64,000 nt of DNA from a virus. Lineage: Duplodnaviria; Caudoviricetes. Location: the IMG/VR virus record IMGVR_UViG_3300042507_004106. One strand, written 5' to 3'. This document shows, piece by piece, positions 45,599 through 55,199 of the stretch. Numbering within the stretch: position 1 is the first letter of the stretch; the number at the start of each line of letters is the position of its first letter. Under the pieces are notes generated by a model that saw only the letters and a program-made list of their open reading frames with translations, did not search any database and was not told where the DNA came from. Made by a program: the position numbers and the translations under genes.

Positions 45599-46155
45599 GC
45601 AACATCGTATTTTTGATCTAAAGATTTAACTCGATTATATCCAAGTTGTTTAAATAAGTTTTGAATTTCTTCTTCGTGCTGACCTAAATGCAACCTCTCA
45701 TATTCTATTTTTTTGATACTGTATTTAGACCAATCTGTAGTTAGCAATATCTCAGCGTCTATTCCCTCAATATCAAGAAGTAACCAATCCAATGATTTAA
45801 TTTCATACTTATCGAATAATTGTTCAATGGTCACACAAGGAATATCAAAATTACACAAACCCTCTAAAGGATAATAAACCAATACATGTTCTTTAACTAA
45901 AGATGCTACATGATACATTGGTCCATCATTCTCATGATAGTATATTTTTACACTATCATGAGTATAAGATGGTAGTTTTATAGCAATGTTTTCTACTACA
46001 GCATTTTTATAGCAAGAATAACAATGTTTTAAGTTACCAATATGAAGAGGATTTGCTTCTACAAATAAACCAAAATCTAATTCTTTATGATTGTCTTTAA
46101 GATATTTTGAGAGATGATCATTTCCTTTGTTAGATCCTATTTGAACTACCCTCAT
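45586..46155 (-). CDS. FkbM-family methyltransferase
   Basis: VVQIGSN...FVEAN...DWLLLDIEGID. Confidence 0.8.
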   Translation of the reverse strand: MRVVQIGSNKGNDHLSKYLKDNHKELDFGLFVEANPLHIGNLKHCYSCYKNAVVENIAIKLPSYTHDSVKIYYHENDGPMYHVASLVKEHVLVYYPLEGLCNFDIPCVTIEQLFDKYEIKSLDWLLLDIEGIDAEILLTTDWSKYSIKKIEYERLHLGQHEEEIQNLFKQLGYNRVKSLDQKYDVAWEK

Positions 46156-46850
46156 AGGTATTTTTCCCAGTCAATACAAGGCGATAAGAATTCAACATGA
46201 GAGTGAGTAGAATATCCAGGAATACAAGAAATCAAATTCCTTCCTTTGTTACCGTTCAATTCCAAAAACTTCCCATGATCAAAACTTGGTTCATAACCAG
46301 TTGAATACTTTACATGAATATCCTTATCTTCTTTAAGAGTTTTAAACTTAGTTGCGAAGGTATTTGTTGTAGATGGTGTAGGCATCCAATGTGATAGTTT
46401 TGTATGAAGAACTTTGGTCATAAAGTCTTTATACATTTCTTGATACTTATCCCCATGATCATAAAGAGTTAAGTATTCTACAGGGAGTGTAAATCCATCA
46501 ACTAAAATTTGATCCCAATGTGGACGGTGAACATAATCATCTTCTAGAAAATAGATAATGGTATCGTCTGAAAAATTCTGAGAAAGAATATATTCTACAG
46601 TTTCAACAAAACTCCTTGACTCCATTCCACAATCAATTTCATAAACATTTTCTTCATTTTTCAGAAAAGTATCTTTCCTCTCACCATAATGCTTATCATA
46701 GATGATTGTAAAATTTGTAGTTTCTGGATTCAAAGTTCTTTTAAAATTTTCAAAAACTTTTTCTTTATCCCACCAATCTGGACGATTTTGTGTGGAATAT
46801 TTTAAGTTTGAATAATAACAGTGCCTCAAAAATACTTCAATTTTTTTCAT
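46152..46850 (-). CDS. GT-A fold glycosyltransferase
   Basis: IIYFLEDDYVH; STTNTFA. Confidence 0.7.
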   Translation of the reverse strand: MKKIEVFLRHCYYSNLKYSTQNRPDWWDKEKVFENFKRTLNPETTNFTIIYDKHYGERKDTFLKNEENVYEIDCGMESRSFVETVEYILSQNFSDDTIIYFLEDDYVHRPHWDQILVDGFTLPVEYLTLYDHGDKYQEMYKDFMTKVLHTKLSHWMPTPSTTNTFATKFKTLKEDKDIHVKYSTGYEPSFDHGKFLELNGNKGRNLISCIPGYSTHSHVEFLSPCIDWEKYL

Positions 46851-47640
46851 TCAATTTCTCCAAATCGTATTCATTCCACCAAGATTCCCAATCAATAAAA
46901 AAGTCTTTGTCCCAATCTGTTTGCATATGAAGTGCTAATGAAGGAATAGGAGTAAAGCAATAGTATCCTCTTTCATAATAAATTCGATCAATACTTTCCA
47001 TTTCCATTGTTGGAGATACTTCACTGGTTCCCATCTTGCAAAATAAATCCCAATTTCTTTTGATGATAGAACTATGAGTCATCAAAGTCACTGCTGGATG
47101 AATATTAGTTCTCCAATAGCGATCTTTTCCAACAACAATATTACAGAGAACAGCAGTATTTTCTGGGTCATGATACTCTGCTGGTTTGTTAAAAGGAAAG
47201 ATACTTGCTGGGGCACCTAAATTACAACTGAATTGATTGATAGCATGTATCATTAACTCAACTGAATTTTGTTGATGTAAAAAATCATCTTGAATAAAAT
47301 ACACCCAGTCCTTTCCATAATCTCTTCCGTGCTCATAACAACGAAGTATAGAAGGCATTATACCATAGGTCTCAAGATGGGTCAAATTAACTTTGAATTT
47401 TGCTGTATCAATAAGTCTCTGAAGAATATCCAGAAACTCTTGATCAGAATGATCGTCAAAGATTTGTAGTTCTATTTCATAATCAGGATATTGTTCTTGA
47501 GCATAATTAAGACTATCAATCACAGAAAATATACATCTTGATGCTACTTCAATCTTTGGTGCATTACAATATCTGGTTTGACTATCATCACGATTTCCTT
47601 TTGAATGAGATTGAAGAACAACTAACAAATGAGTTTTCAT
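46837..47640 (-). CDS. GT-A fold glycosyltransferase
   Basis: IFDDHS; VYFIQDDFLH; PIPSLALHM. Confidence 0.7.
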   Translation of the reverse strand: MKTHLLVVLQSHSKGNRDDSQTRYCNAPKIEVASRCIFSVIDSLNYAQEQYPDYEIELQIFDDHSDQEFLDILQRLIDTAKFKVNLTHLETYGIMPSILRCYEHGRDYGKDWVYFIQDDFLHQQNSVELMIHAINQFSCNLGAPASIFPFNKPAEYHDPENTAVLCNIVVGKDRYWRTNIHPAVTLMTHSSIIKRNWDLFCKMGTSEVSPTMEMESIDRIYYERGYYCFTPIPSLALHMQTDWDKDFFIDWESWWNEYDLEKLNEKN

Positions 47641-48419
47641 AGATCAAACTTGGAATAAAGTTTTACATTTTCTTCTCCTATCACATCAATAGGATTTTGT
47701 GAAATTTTAGATAACTTTGGACGAATATCGTGAAGACCTCTTAAACCCCACGCTTCATCTTTTTGCTCCCCACAAGCATTATCAATATTATCAAAAGTAT
47801 TTGTGTGAGAAGGAACCTCTAGGAATTCATAGATTTTATTCAGTTCTGTTTCTGGATTTTCTACAAGACTATTATACTCCACCAAATGAACTAAGTCAGG
47901 ATACTTCGTGAGACCATACACCATACTTTCATAAGATGGAGCAACATAATATCTCCAAATATGTTCAGCACGATTGTTATTTGTGATTGGTAGATTGTCC
48001 TGTCTTAAATGATTATCAATAAAATTATCTTCGTGCTTTGATCTTTCGATAAGAGAAATATAAGATGTAAGAACTTCTGGAATAGAACGATAAGTTGCTA
48101 CAATCTTTGGTTTGTTAGAAAGAAACATCTGAACTGTATCTAAGTTCTTTCCCCAAAACCGATGCTTATCTAGAATTGTTGACTTTGGTATGTGATTATA
48201 AAAGTTAGCAAGAACTGCTTTATAGACATTATAAGATACTGTTTTGCGATCAAAGGTATATTGTTGATCTACTTTATTAAATGCTTGTTCAATATCAGTT
48301 ACAATATCACCCAATGGAGATGTTGGTGATACATAAATGTCTGGATGTTGATTGAGAAGTGACCCTAATAATGTAGAACCACTTCTTGGAAGTCCTCCAA
48401 GAAAATACAAAGTCTTCAT
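47637..48419 (-). CDS. Sulfotransferase
   Basis: FLGGLPRSGSTLLGSLLNQHP PAPS-binding loop; YR...SY; VEY..LV..PE. Confidence 0.85.
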   Translation of the reverse strand: MKTLYFLGGLPRSGSTLLGSLLNQHPDIYVSPTSPLGDIVTDIEQAFNKVDQQYTFDRKTVSYNVYKAVLANFYNHIPKSTILDKHRFWGKNLDTVQMFLSNKPKIVATYRSIPEVLTSYISLIERSKHEDNFIDNHLRQDNLPITNNNRAEHIWRYYVAPSYESMVYGLTKYPDLVHLVEYNSLVENPETELNKIYEFLEVPSHTNTFDNIDNACGEQKDEAWGLRGLHDIRPKLSKISQNPIDVIGEENVKLYSKFDL

Positions 48420-48444
48420 AGTGTTGTTCAGTTGTTATGAGTAT

Positions 48445-49641
48445 TTAGATTACTGGGTCAATATAGGTGAGTGCTGTTGTGTGACTGTCTCCAGAACTTA
48501 CTTGTTTCCAGTTAGTTCCTCCAGAGAATGTGGTGACTGGAGTGGATCTATCAGTTGTAGCATTATTTCCAAGTCGTCCGTTACCACCAAGTCCCCAAGT
48601 CCATAAGGTTCCATCAGTTTTGATTGCTGCTGTATGATCTGCAAAACTTCCCCCAGATCCACAACTTACTTGTTTCCAGTTAGTTCCTCCTAAGAATGTA
48701 GTGACTGGAGTACTTCTATTACCTGTGGTTATTCCATTTCCAAGTCTTCCAGTTAAACCATTGCCCCAGATCCATAAGGTTCCATCAGTCTTAATTGCTG
48801 CTGTATGAACATATCCACAACTTACTTGTTTCCAGTTGGTTCCTCCTAAGAATGTGGTGACTGGAGTACTTCTATTACCTGTTGTTACTGCATTTCCAAG
48901 TCGCCCGCTAGATACGGCACCCCAAGTCCATAAAGTTCCATCGGTCTTGATTGCCGACATATGAGCATCACCAGCACTTACTTGTTTCCAGTTAGTTCCC
49001 CCTAAGAATGTGGTGACCGGAGTGGATCTAAGATCTGTATTAGCGTTTCCAAGTTGTCCAGCGGCACTAGGTCCCCAAGTCCATAAGGTTCCATCAGTCT
49101 TGATTGATGCTAAATTATTACCACCAACACTTACTTGTTTCCAGTTGGTTCCTCCAGCGAATGTGGTGACTGGAGTGCTTACGATACCTGTTGTTACTGA
49201 GTTTCCAAGCGCCCCATTACTTGCATTACCCCAAGTCCATAAGGTTCCATCAGTTTTGATTGCTGCAATCTGTAACTTACCAGCACTGACTTGTTTCCAG
49301 TTGTTTCCTCCAGCAAATGTAGTGACTGGAGTAGATACATTAGTTGTAACGGCATTTCCAAGTCTTCCATTAGCACCATTACCCCAAGTCCATAAGGTTC
49401 CATCAGTCTTGATTGCTACAGTAAAGCGATATCCAGCACTCAATTGTTTCCAGTTAATTCCTCCAGAAAATGTTGTAATTGGAGTTAATATATTAAGATT
49501 TAATGTTGAATCTCCAAGTTGTCCAGAATTTCCATAACCCCAAGTCCACAAACCCCCATCACGAAACCAATCAGCAGGGACAAAAATATCATCAAAACTA
49601 TAATCAAGTCCATTCTCTCTGAAGTTGTAAAATGTAGGCAT
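48445..49641 (-). CDS. RCC1-repeat beta-propeller protein (7 repeats)
   Basis: Seven W(T/I)WG...G.LG...TP(V/I)TTF.GG.NWKQ.S...AIKTDGTL units. Confidence 0.9.
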   Translation of the reverse strand: MPTFYNFRENGLDYSFDDIFVPADWFRDGGLWTWGYGNSGQLGDSTLNLNILTPITTFSGGINWKQLSAGYRFTVAIKTDGTLWTWGNGANGRLGNAVTTNVSTPVTTFAGGNNWKQVSAGKLQIAAIKTDGTLWTWGNASNGALGNSVTTGIVSTPVTTFAGGTNWKQVSVGGNNLASIKTDGTLWTWGPSAAGQLGNANTDLRSTPVTTFLGGTNWKQVSAGDAHMSAIKTDGTLWTWGAVSSGRLGNAVTTGNRSTPVTTFLGGTNWKQVSCGYVHTAAIKTDGTLWIWGNGLTGRLGNGITTGNRSTPVTTFLGGTNWKQVSCGSGGSFADHTAAIKTDGTLWTWGLGGNGRLGNNATTDRSTPVTTFSGGTNWKQVSSGDSHTTALTYIDPVI

Positions 49642-49662
49642 CTGAAATTTTTGAAAAGGACT

Positions 49663-50016
49663 TTAATCTATAAAAATAACAGGAGTGTTCATTTTTTCAC
49701 TCCAATCTTGAAGATATTTTCTAACTTCACTTGGTATTTCTTTATTATTTATTTTCAATACTTTCAGATATTGTCCATTCATATTTTGCTCCACAGAGAC
49801 TAGTGTATCACATTTATCAGGTCTCATTTCTTCTGGAAGCAAATATTGCGTCCAGGCGCATTGATAATTTCTACAAGATTCTGGTCGTGCCTTATGAATA
49901 CCACAACCATCACATTCCAAAAATTTACAAGACTTTCCCCGACCAAACTTCCAGGCAAAAGCATCACCAATCAACCAAGAACAACAGGCAGTGCATTCTC
50001 CACATTCACGAAACAT
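49663..50016 (-). CDS. YkgJ/cysteine-cluster (Fe-S or Zn) protein
   Basis: CGECTACC...CKFL...CGIH..RP..CRNY.C.W. Confidence 0.7.
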   Translation of the reverse strand: MFRECGECTACCSWLIGDAFAWKFGRGKSCKFLECDGCGIHKARPESCRNYQCAWTQYLLPEEMRPDKCDTLVSVEQNMNGQYLKVLKINNKEIPSEVRKYLQDWSEKMNTPVIFID

Positions 50017-50662
50017 AATCTTCCTCCTTATAATAATGAGTATATGAATCGAAGATTCCAGGTTGATAAATTGATTTTGGATTTGAATTAGGATTACTTC
50101 CTATCCATAACTCTCTATCTATTCGATAATTACTGTAAAGAAAATTATGATCCAATGTTTGAATATGTTTCGAATTTGCCCACCAAAAGTTTCCTGTGAA
50201 ATTATAAGTTCCTTCTACAGGTTTTGTAGTTGTCCCATCATTCCACAAAGTTTCACCAACTGGATTTAAATTTGCACCAACACAATCATATTCATCCAAA
50301 CATCTTACACATTCTTCCCATTTATCAATTACAAAATATTCCATCATCAATCTCCAAGCATTAGCAATTAATGTTGCTTTGCTTGCACCTTTCATATGAA
50401 AATATAAAATTTTATAATCTGGATTCTCATATGCAAAGTCTTTCAGAGCAATCATTGTTTCTGTTTCTTCTTTCCAATTTCGATTGTAAACAATCTTTGC
50501 CTTGGATGGAATATGAAACATTTCTTGGTTTCCATTCACACCAATATGAACATAATCAGCAGCATTCAAAAGTCCAGTTACATAAAGACGATTGATTTGC
50601 TGCTGATAAATGAAAGCAGAAATATCATTCTGGAATGTATGATAAAAGACTGCGATTTTCAT
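50006..50662 (-). CDS. Putative glycosyltransferase-like hypothetical protein
   Basis: LYFHMKG...WR..MEYF...GNFWWANS; context in the transferase island. Confidence 0.5.
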   Translation of the reverse strand: MKIAVFYHTFQNDISAFIYQQQINRLYVTGLLNAADYVHIGVNGNQEMFHIPSKAKIVYNRNWKEETETMIALKDFAYENPDYKILYFHMKGASKATLIANAWRLMMEYFVIDKWEECVRCLDEYDCVGANLNPVGETLWNDGTTTKPVEGTYNFTGNFWWANSKHIQTLDHNFLYSNYRIDRELWIGSNPNSNPKSIYQPGIFDSYTHYYKEEDYVS

Positions 50663-51447
50663 GCTTGATAAACTCCACCATTTTCACCACTCATTCCTTT
50701 GACCATTGTGATACCAAGATTTGGAATACTAATAATATTTTTTTTATTAATAAATCTGTATAATGAATGTTCAACATCAGTTCCGGCAGTATATTGAATC
50801 ATTTTTTCCATATAAACAAATGCTTTCTCAAGTGCCTCAACTGCCTCATTAAATAACATTCTATCAAAAGACCACATTCCAGTAATCATCATACCCTTTG
50901 CACCATAGAGGTAGGCATAAACATTTTCAAGTTCTTTCTCATCAAAACTTTCTGATTCTTGAGGAAGATATTCATATCTTTTAACTACATACTTACCTTC
51001 AAGAAATTTACTTTGATAGTCTTGAATATCAAAATCATCATTAAGTAAATATCTTCCAGTCAATTTAAAAACTCTTTGACTATCACCGAATAAATTATGA
51101 TTTCTTATTGTATAAAGAGTGTTCAGTAATCCTCTGGTTTCTAGTAATGATTTACCATAAGTAATCAGTTCTGGTCTTTTTTCAAGATTCTCATAAAGTT
51201 GTTTGATCACTGGTTCATCATAAAAATCTAAAAATAAATCTGCCTTTTCTTTAAGAGTTTCTTTTTGCTTTTCATTGATAGATTTACAAGAAGATTCAAA
51301 TACAACAACATAAGACTCAGTAACTTTTTTACGAATACATTCAATCGTCTCTAGTGTCTGATTAAATCTTTGCTCTTCATCATAAGCACTAAACTTATCT
51401 TCTTGAAAATGCTTGAGTGCTGATCCAACTAAAAATAAAAATTTCAT
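50659..51447 (-). CDS. Hypothetical protein, possibly GT-related
   Basis: RFNQTL.TI...RVFKLTGRY.L; start revised to MKFLFL. Confidence 0.55.
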   Translation of the reverse strand: MKFLFLVGSALKHFQEDKFSAYDEEQRFNQTLETIECIRKKVTESYVVVFESSCKSINEKQKETLKEKADLFLDFYDEPVIKQLYENLEKRPELITYGKSLLETRGLLNTLYTIRNHNLFGDSQRVFKLTGRYLLNDDFDIQDYQSKFLEGKYVVKRYEYLPQESESFDEKELENVYAYLYGAKGMMITGMWSFDRMLFNEAVEALEKAFVYMEKMIQYTAGTDVEHSLYRFINKKNIISIPNLGITMVKGMSGENGGVYQA

Positions 51448-52166
51448 AGTAACCCTCTCTTCCATGCCCATAGTTGCTCTTCAATTTGATTTTCTTCTTT
51501 ATAAGAACCCTTCTCAATCTTATCCGTCCACATTTCTAATAGTCTAACTTTATCATCATCACTTACACAGAACTCGTGGTTAAACCAATAGTTCATTTTA
51601 CCATCTGCTGGAATCAACTTATGAAAACTTTCAACCTTCAAACCATACTTAGCAATATTGCGACTGACTAAGTAATCATCAAGAATGTGATGTGGTTCAT
51701 ACCCAAAGTTCTTTTCTAAATCCATTGGATTGATTTGGTCAACAAACTGCTCTGGATTATCGTGTGGTTTCCAGGCATGTCTTGTCCAATCACTAAAGAT
51801 ACAAACCCAAGTTGTAGCAGCAATGTTTCTACCATCTCGTCTTACATAGTTATTATGTTTGAAACGAAATGGATAATAATCGTGACGATTGAAGATTACA
51901 TATTCTTTTGGAAAAATCTCTGTTAAGTCTGGGCAGTTTGGATGAACCAAAGCATCGGCATCCAGAAAGATTGTCCAGTCATAATTTTCAGAAATCTCAT
52001 ACAACTGAAACTTCTCCATATTGCAGGTAAGATGTGGAAACTTTCTTTCATTAATGATAATAAAATCAGCACCAATCTTTTCAGCATACTTCCTCATATA
52101 AGGATATGTAAACTTAGTGATTTCTTGGTTATAATTAATGTCCAATGTAACGAGTGCTTTCTTCAT
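51444..52166 (-). CDS. GT8-like nucleotide-diphospho-sugar transferase
   Basis: YAEKIGADF...EKFQL...IFLDADALV (DxD); start revised to MKKALV. Confidence 0.75.
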   Translation of the reverse strand: MKKALVTLDINYNQEITKFTYPYMRKYAEKIGADFIIINERKFPHLTCNMEKFQLYEISENYDWTIFLDADALVHPNCPDLTEIFPKEYVIFNRHDYYPFRFKHNNYVRRDGRNIAATTWVCIFSDWTRHAWKPHDNPEQFVDQINPMDLEKNFGYEPHHILDDYLVSRNIAKYGLKVESFHKLIPADGKMNYWFNHEFCVSDDDKVRLLEMWTDKIEKGSYKEENQIEEQLWAWKRGLL

Positions 52167-52617
52167 AATCTGTGTTAAAACTAATAATAATCCTTTCTTC
52201 AGTTTCTTCTTCTGTATAATGAACCAAATCACTTGAAAAAATAACTAAAAGACCAGGATAAGGATTGATTGAATCGTCTGGAAATATCAATGGAGTTTTT
52301 CCAGAAATATAAAATGCTCCACTTACAATACTTTCTCCATGGTTATGTGCTTTGAGTTTATTTCCTGGTTGTGAAATATTAAACCAACTGTTGATAAATT
52401 TGAGTCTTGGAATATTATACTTACTGCAGTATATTCTAACATATTGTTTGAGAATATTCCTCAATCCAGTGAGTTCTGGATACATTAAAACAGGCATTCC
52501 GTGATTATAAGTAGAAACACCTTTGCTTACAAGTCCATGAGGACTGGTTTCTATTTCAATAAGTTTGTTCTTGATAATATTTAGATTGAGAAAGGAAAGG
52601 TTATATTCCTCTATCAT
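52135..52617 (-). CDS. 2OG-Fe(II) oxygenase-like protein
   Basis: SWFN...HNH...VSGAFY...PGLLVIFSSDLVH...RIIISFN. Confidence 0.8.
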   Translation of the reverse strand: MIEEYNLSFLNLNIIKNKLIEIETSPHGLVSKGVSTYNHGMPVLMYPELTGLRNILKQYVRIYCSKYNIPRLKFINSWFNISQPGNKLKAHNHGESIVSGAFYISGKTPLIFPDDSINPYPGLLVIFSSDLVHYTEEETEERIIISFNTDYEESTRYIGH

Positions 52618-53941
52618 TTAAAAACTCTCCCAATTGCTTCAAAGGTTCATCCCAAGTTCTTGGTTTCTTTTGACGGAAGAGATGAACATTATCTCCATAC
52701 CACCAGGTTTTCCCTGTCGAACTTGTCCAAACATAGTATTCCATAATCGGTACAAACACACAGACTTCTTTACCTTGTGCTGCTGCTACATGAGCAATTG
52801 AAGTGCAAGAAGTAATCACCAAATCCATTTGAGACACAAGTGAAAATGTATCAGTAAAATTGCGATTTGGAATATCAAAAGTCTTTACATCATAACCTTC
52901 TGGTGGAGTTTCATCTGGTAGTTGAAGTGAGTATAAAGATGCTGAAGTTTGTGAAAGAACATCAAAAAGTGGTTCTGATTGAATAGAACGAAAATGTGCT
53001 TGTTCAAATCCAGAACCAGAGTTCCAGAATACTCCAATTTTATATTTTTGATCTTCCTGAAGATATGAATATTGTTTTTCTTTTTCTGGTAGTGGTTTAA
53101 GATATGGAGTTTGCCCTAAATCTTCCACCTTAAGATTGAGATAATAAGGAAGAGAAAGAGCATAAACCCATTTAGAATCTTTTGGAAACTCTGGTTTATC
53201 CCAAACACAAACAGAATTGAAACCATTATAATTGAAGAGTTCCACTAGTTCTTTTCTGGTAGAAGTCCAGATTGGACTCATTCCAAGGTCTTTCAGATGC
53301 TTCATAAAGCGAACATGAATGACTTCATCACCTGCTCCACATTGACTATCAATCACAATTGTTTGTCCTGGAGTAACTTTTCCATCCCATTTTGGAATTG
53401 GTGGGAGTTCTCTATTCTTATATGCTTCTACTTCTCCTGCTTTAAGAAAATGTTGAAGTCCTGTATACAAATCATCTTTACGAAAATAATGTCCAGATAA
53501 GTTATGATATGTTTTTCTCTCAATCTCTTCTGGTAATTTTCTTTGAAGTAGATTGAATAAAAGTTTTTCTGATTTTTCTTTTTGATTAAGAGCAGAATAA
53601 GAAAAAGTTTCCTCTAGAAGAAGTTCAGTATCTTGAGGATTTTGAGATTTAATTTTTGAAATCTGAGTAATTGCTTTTTCTGGATAGTTGTTTTGATTAT
53701 AAGCGTTAATCAGATTTTTTGTTGTTGTATAGTTTTCTTCTTTGGTCTTTGTGAGTTTGAGTGCTTTTTCACCATAGAGTATCGCATTTGTGAAATCTTT
53801 TATCTCAAAGAATATCTTTGCGACATCATTATATTGTTGGAAGTTTTCTGCTCTTTTTCCAAAAGCAAGTAGAAGTTGTATTGTGAGTTCTTTTTCTTGG
53901 AAATTATATAAGGTCTTTGCGACCAACTCAAGTGGGTTCAT
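52601..53941 (-). CDS. TPR + GT9-like (GT-B) glycosyltransferase
   Basis: TPR N-terminus; WDG...QCGAGDEVIHVRF...DLVITSCTSIAHVAAAQGK...W.W; AATAAATA late promoter at 53966-53973. Confidence 0.75.
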   Translation of the reverse strand: MNPLELVAKTLYNFQEKELTIQLLLAFGKRAENFQQYNDVAKIFFEIKDFTNAILYGEKALKLTKTKEENYTTTKNLINAYNQNNYPEKAITQISKIKSQNPQDTELLLEETFSYSALNQKEKSEKLLFNLLQRKLPEEIERKTYHNLSGHYFRKDDLYTGLQHFLKAGEVEAYKNRELPPIPKWDGKVTPGQTIVIDSQCGAGDEVIHVRFMKHLKDLGMSPIWTSTRKELVELFNYNGFNSVCVWDKPEFPKDSKWVYALSLPYYLNLKVEDLGQTPYLKPLPEKEKQYSYLQEDQKYKIGVFWNSGSGFEQAHFRSIQSEPLFDVLSQTSASLYSLQLPDETPPEGYDVKTFDIPNRNFTDTFSLVSQMDLVITSCTSIAHVAAAQGKEVCVFVPIMEYYVWTSSTGKTWWYGDNVHLFRQKKPRTWDEPLKQLGEFLNDRGI

Positions 53942-53971
53942 TGTGTGATTATAATGTATTTGAAGTATTTA

Positions 53972-55198
53972 TTAGAATAGTGAGAAGTCTACAGATTTGA
54001 TTGCTGATGTATGAGAAAATCCAGCACTCACTTGTTTCCAATCGGTTCCTCCAGCAAATGTTGTAACTGGAGTGGATCTAGTGATTGTATCATTAGTTCC
54101 AAGTTTTCCATCACCGCCAGGACCCCAAACCCATAAGGTTCCATCAGTTTTGATTGCTGCTATGTGATAACCTCCAGAACTTACTTGTTTCCAGTTGGTT
54201 CCTCCAGCAAATGTTGTGACTGGAGTGGATACCCTGGTTGTAGCATTAGTTCCAAGTCTTCCAGAACCTCCATCACCCCAAGTCCATAAGGTTCCATCAG
54301 TTTTGATTGCTACTGTAGAAAAATCTCCACCACTTACTTGTTTCCAGTTAGTTCCTCCGGCAAAGGTGGTGACTGGAGTGGATCTAGTGATTGTATCATT
54401 AGTTCCAAGTTGTCCAAAACCTCCATTACCCCAAGCCCATAGAGTTCCATCAGTCTTGATTGCTGTCATATAGTCTCTATGACCATTCACTTGTTTCCAG
54501 TTGGTTCCTCCAGCAAATGTTGTGACTGGAGTGGATACACTGGTTGTAGCATTAGTTCCAAGTCTTCCAGAACTTCCATTACCCCAAGTCCATAAGGTTC
54601 CATCGGTCTTGATTGCTGCTGTACAATTACCTCCACAACTCACTTGTTTCCAGTTGGTTCCTCCAGCAAATGTGGTGACTGGAGTTAATTTAACAGTTGA
54701 ATCATTAGTTCCAAGTGGTCCAAAACCTCCATCACCCCAAATCCATAAAGTTCCATCGGTCTTGACTGCTGCTGTATGAGAAGATCTACTAACACTCCCT
54801 TGTTTCCAGTTGGTTCCTCCTGCAAATGTTGTGACTGGAGTACTACAACTAAATACTGTAGTGTTAATTCCAAGTTTTCCAGCACTTGTGTTAGACCCCC
54901 AAGTCCATAGAGTTCCATCAGTTTTAATTGCTGCTGTACTGTCACCTCCAGCACTCACTTGTTTCCAGTTGGTTCCTCCAGCAAATGTGTTGACTGGAGT
55001 GGGTCTATCCACTGTACCTCCACCTATTCCAAGTTTTCCAGAACCTCCATCACCCCAAATCCACAATTCAGGAGGAATACCAATCTGCTGTCCAATCCCA
55101 GGATAAACACTAATCAAATAATCTTTGGTGACTAACTTATCACCCAAGTCAGTACCATTATTATCTCTAAAGTTCGTGGTAACTCTTACGGAACTCAT
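53972..55198 (-). CDS. RCC1-repeat beta-propeller protein (7 repeats)
   Basis: Same repeat scaffold as 48445-49641. Confidence 0.9.
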   Translation of the reverse strand: MSSVRVTTNFRDNNGTDLGDKLVTKDYLISVYPGIGQQIGIPPELWIWGDGGSGKLGIGGGTVDRPTPVNTFAGGTNWKQVSAGGDSTAAIKTDGTLWTWGSNTSAGKLGINTTVFSCSTPVTTFAGGTNWKQGSVSRSSHTAAVKTDGTLWIWGDGGFGPLGTNDSTVKLTPVTTFAGGTNWKQVSCGGNCTAAIKTDGTLWTWGNGSSGRLGTNATTSVSTPVTTFAGGTNWKQVNGHRDYMTAIKTDGTLWAWGNGGFGQLGTNDTITRSTPVTTFAGGTNWKQVSGGDFSTVAIKTDGTLWTWGDGGSGRLGTNATTRVSTPVTTFAGGTNWKQVSSGGYHIAAIKTDGTLWVWGPGGDGKLGTNDTITRSTPVTTFAGGTDWKQVSAGFSHTSAIKSVDFSLF

Positions 55199-55199
55199 T

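Noticed and set aside
52135-52617. 2OG oxygenases as collagen prolyl hydroxylases
   Set aside because: The G-X-Y tracts contain no proline; the substrate is more likely a sugar or another protein.
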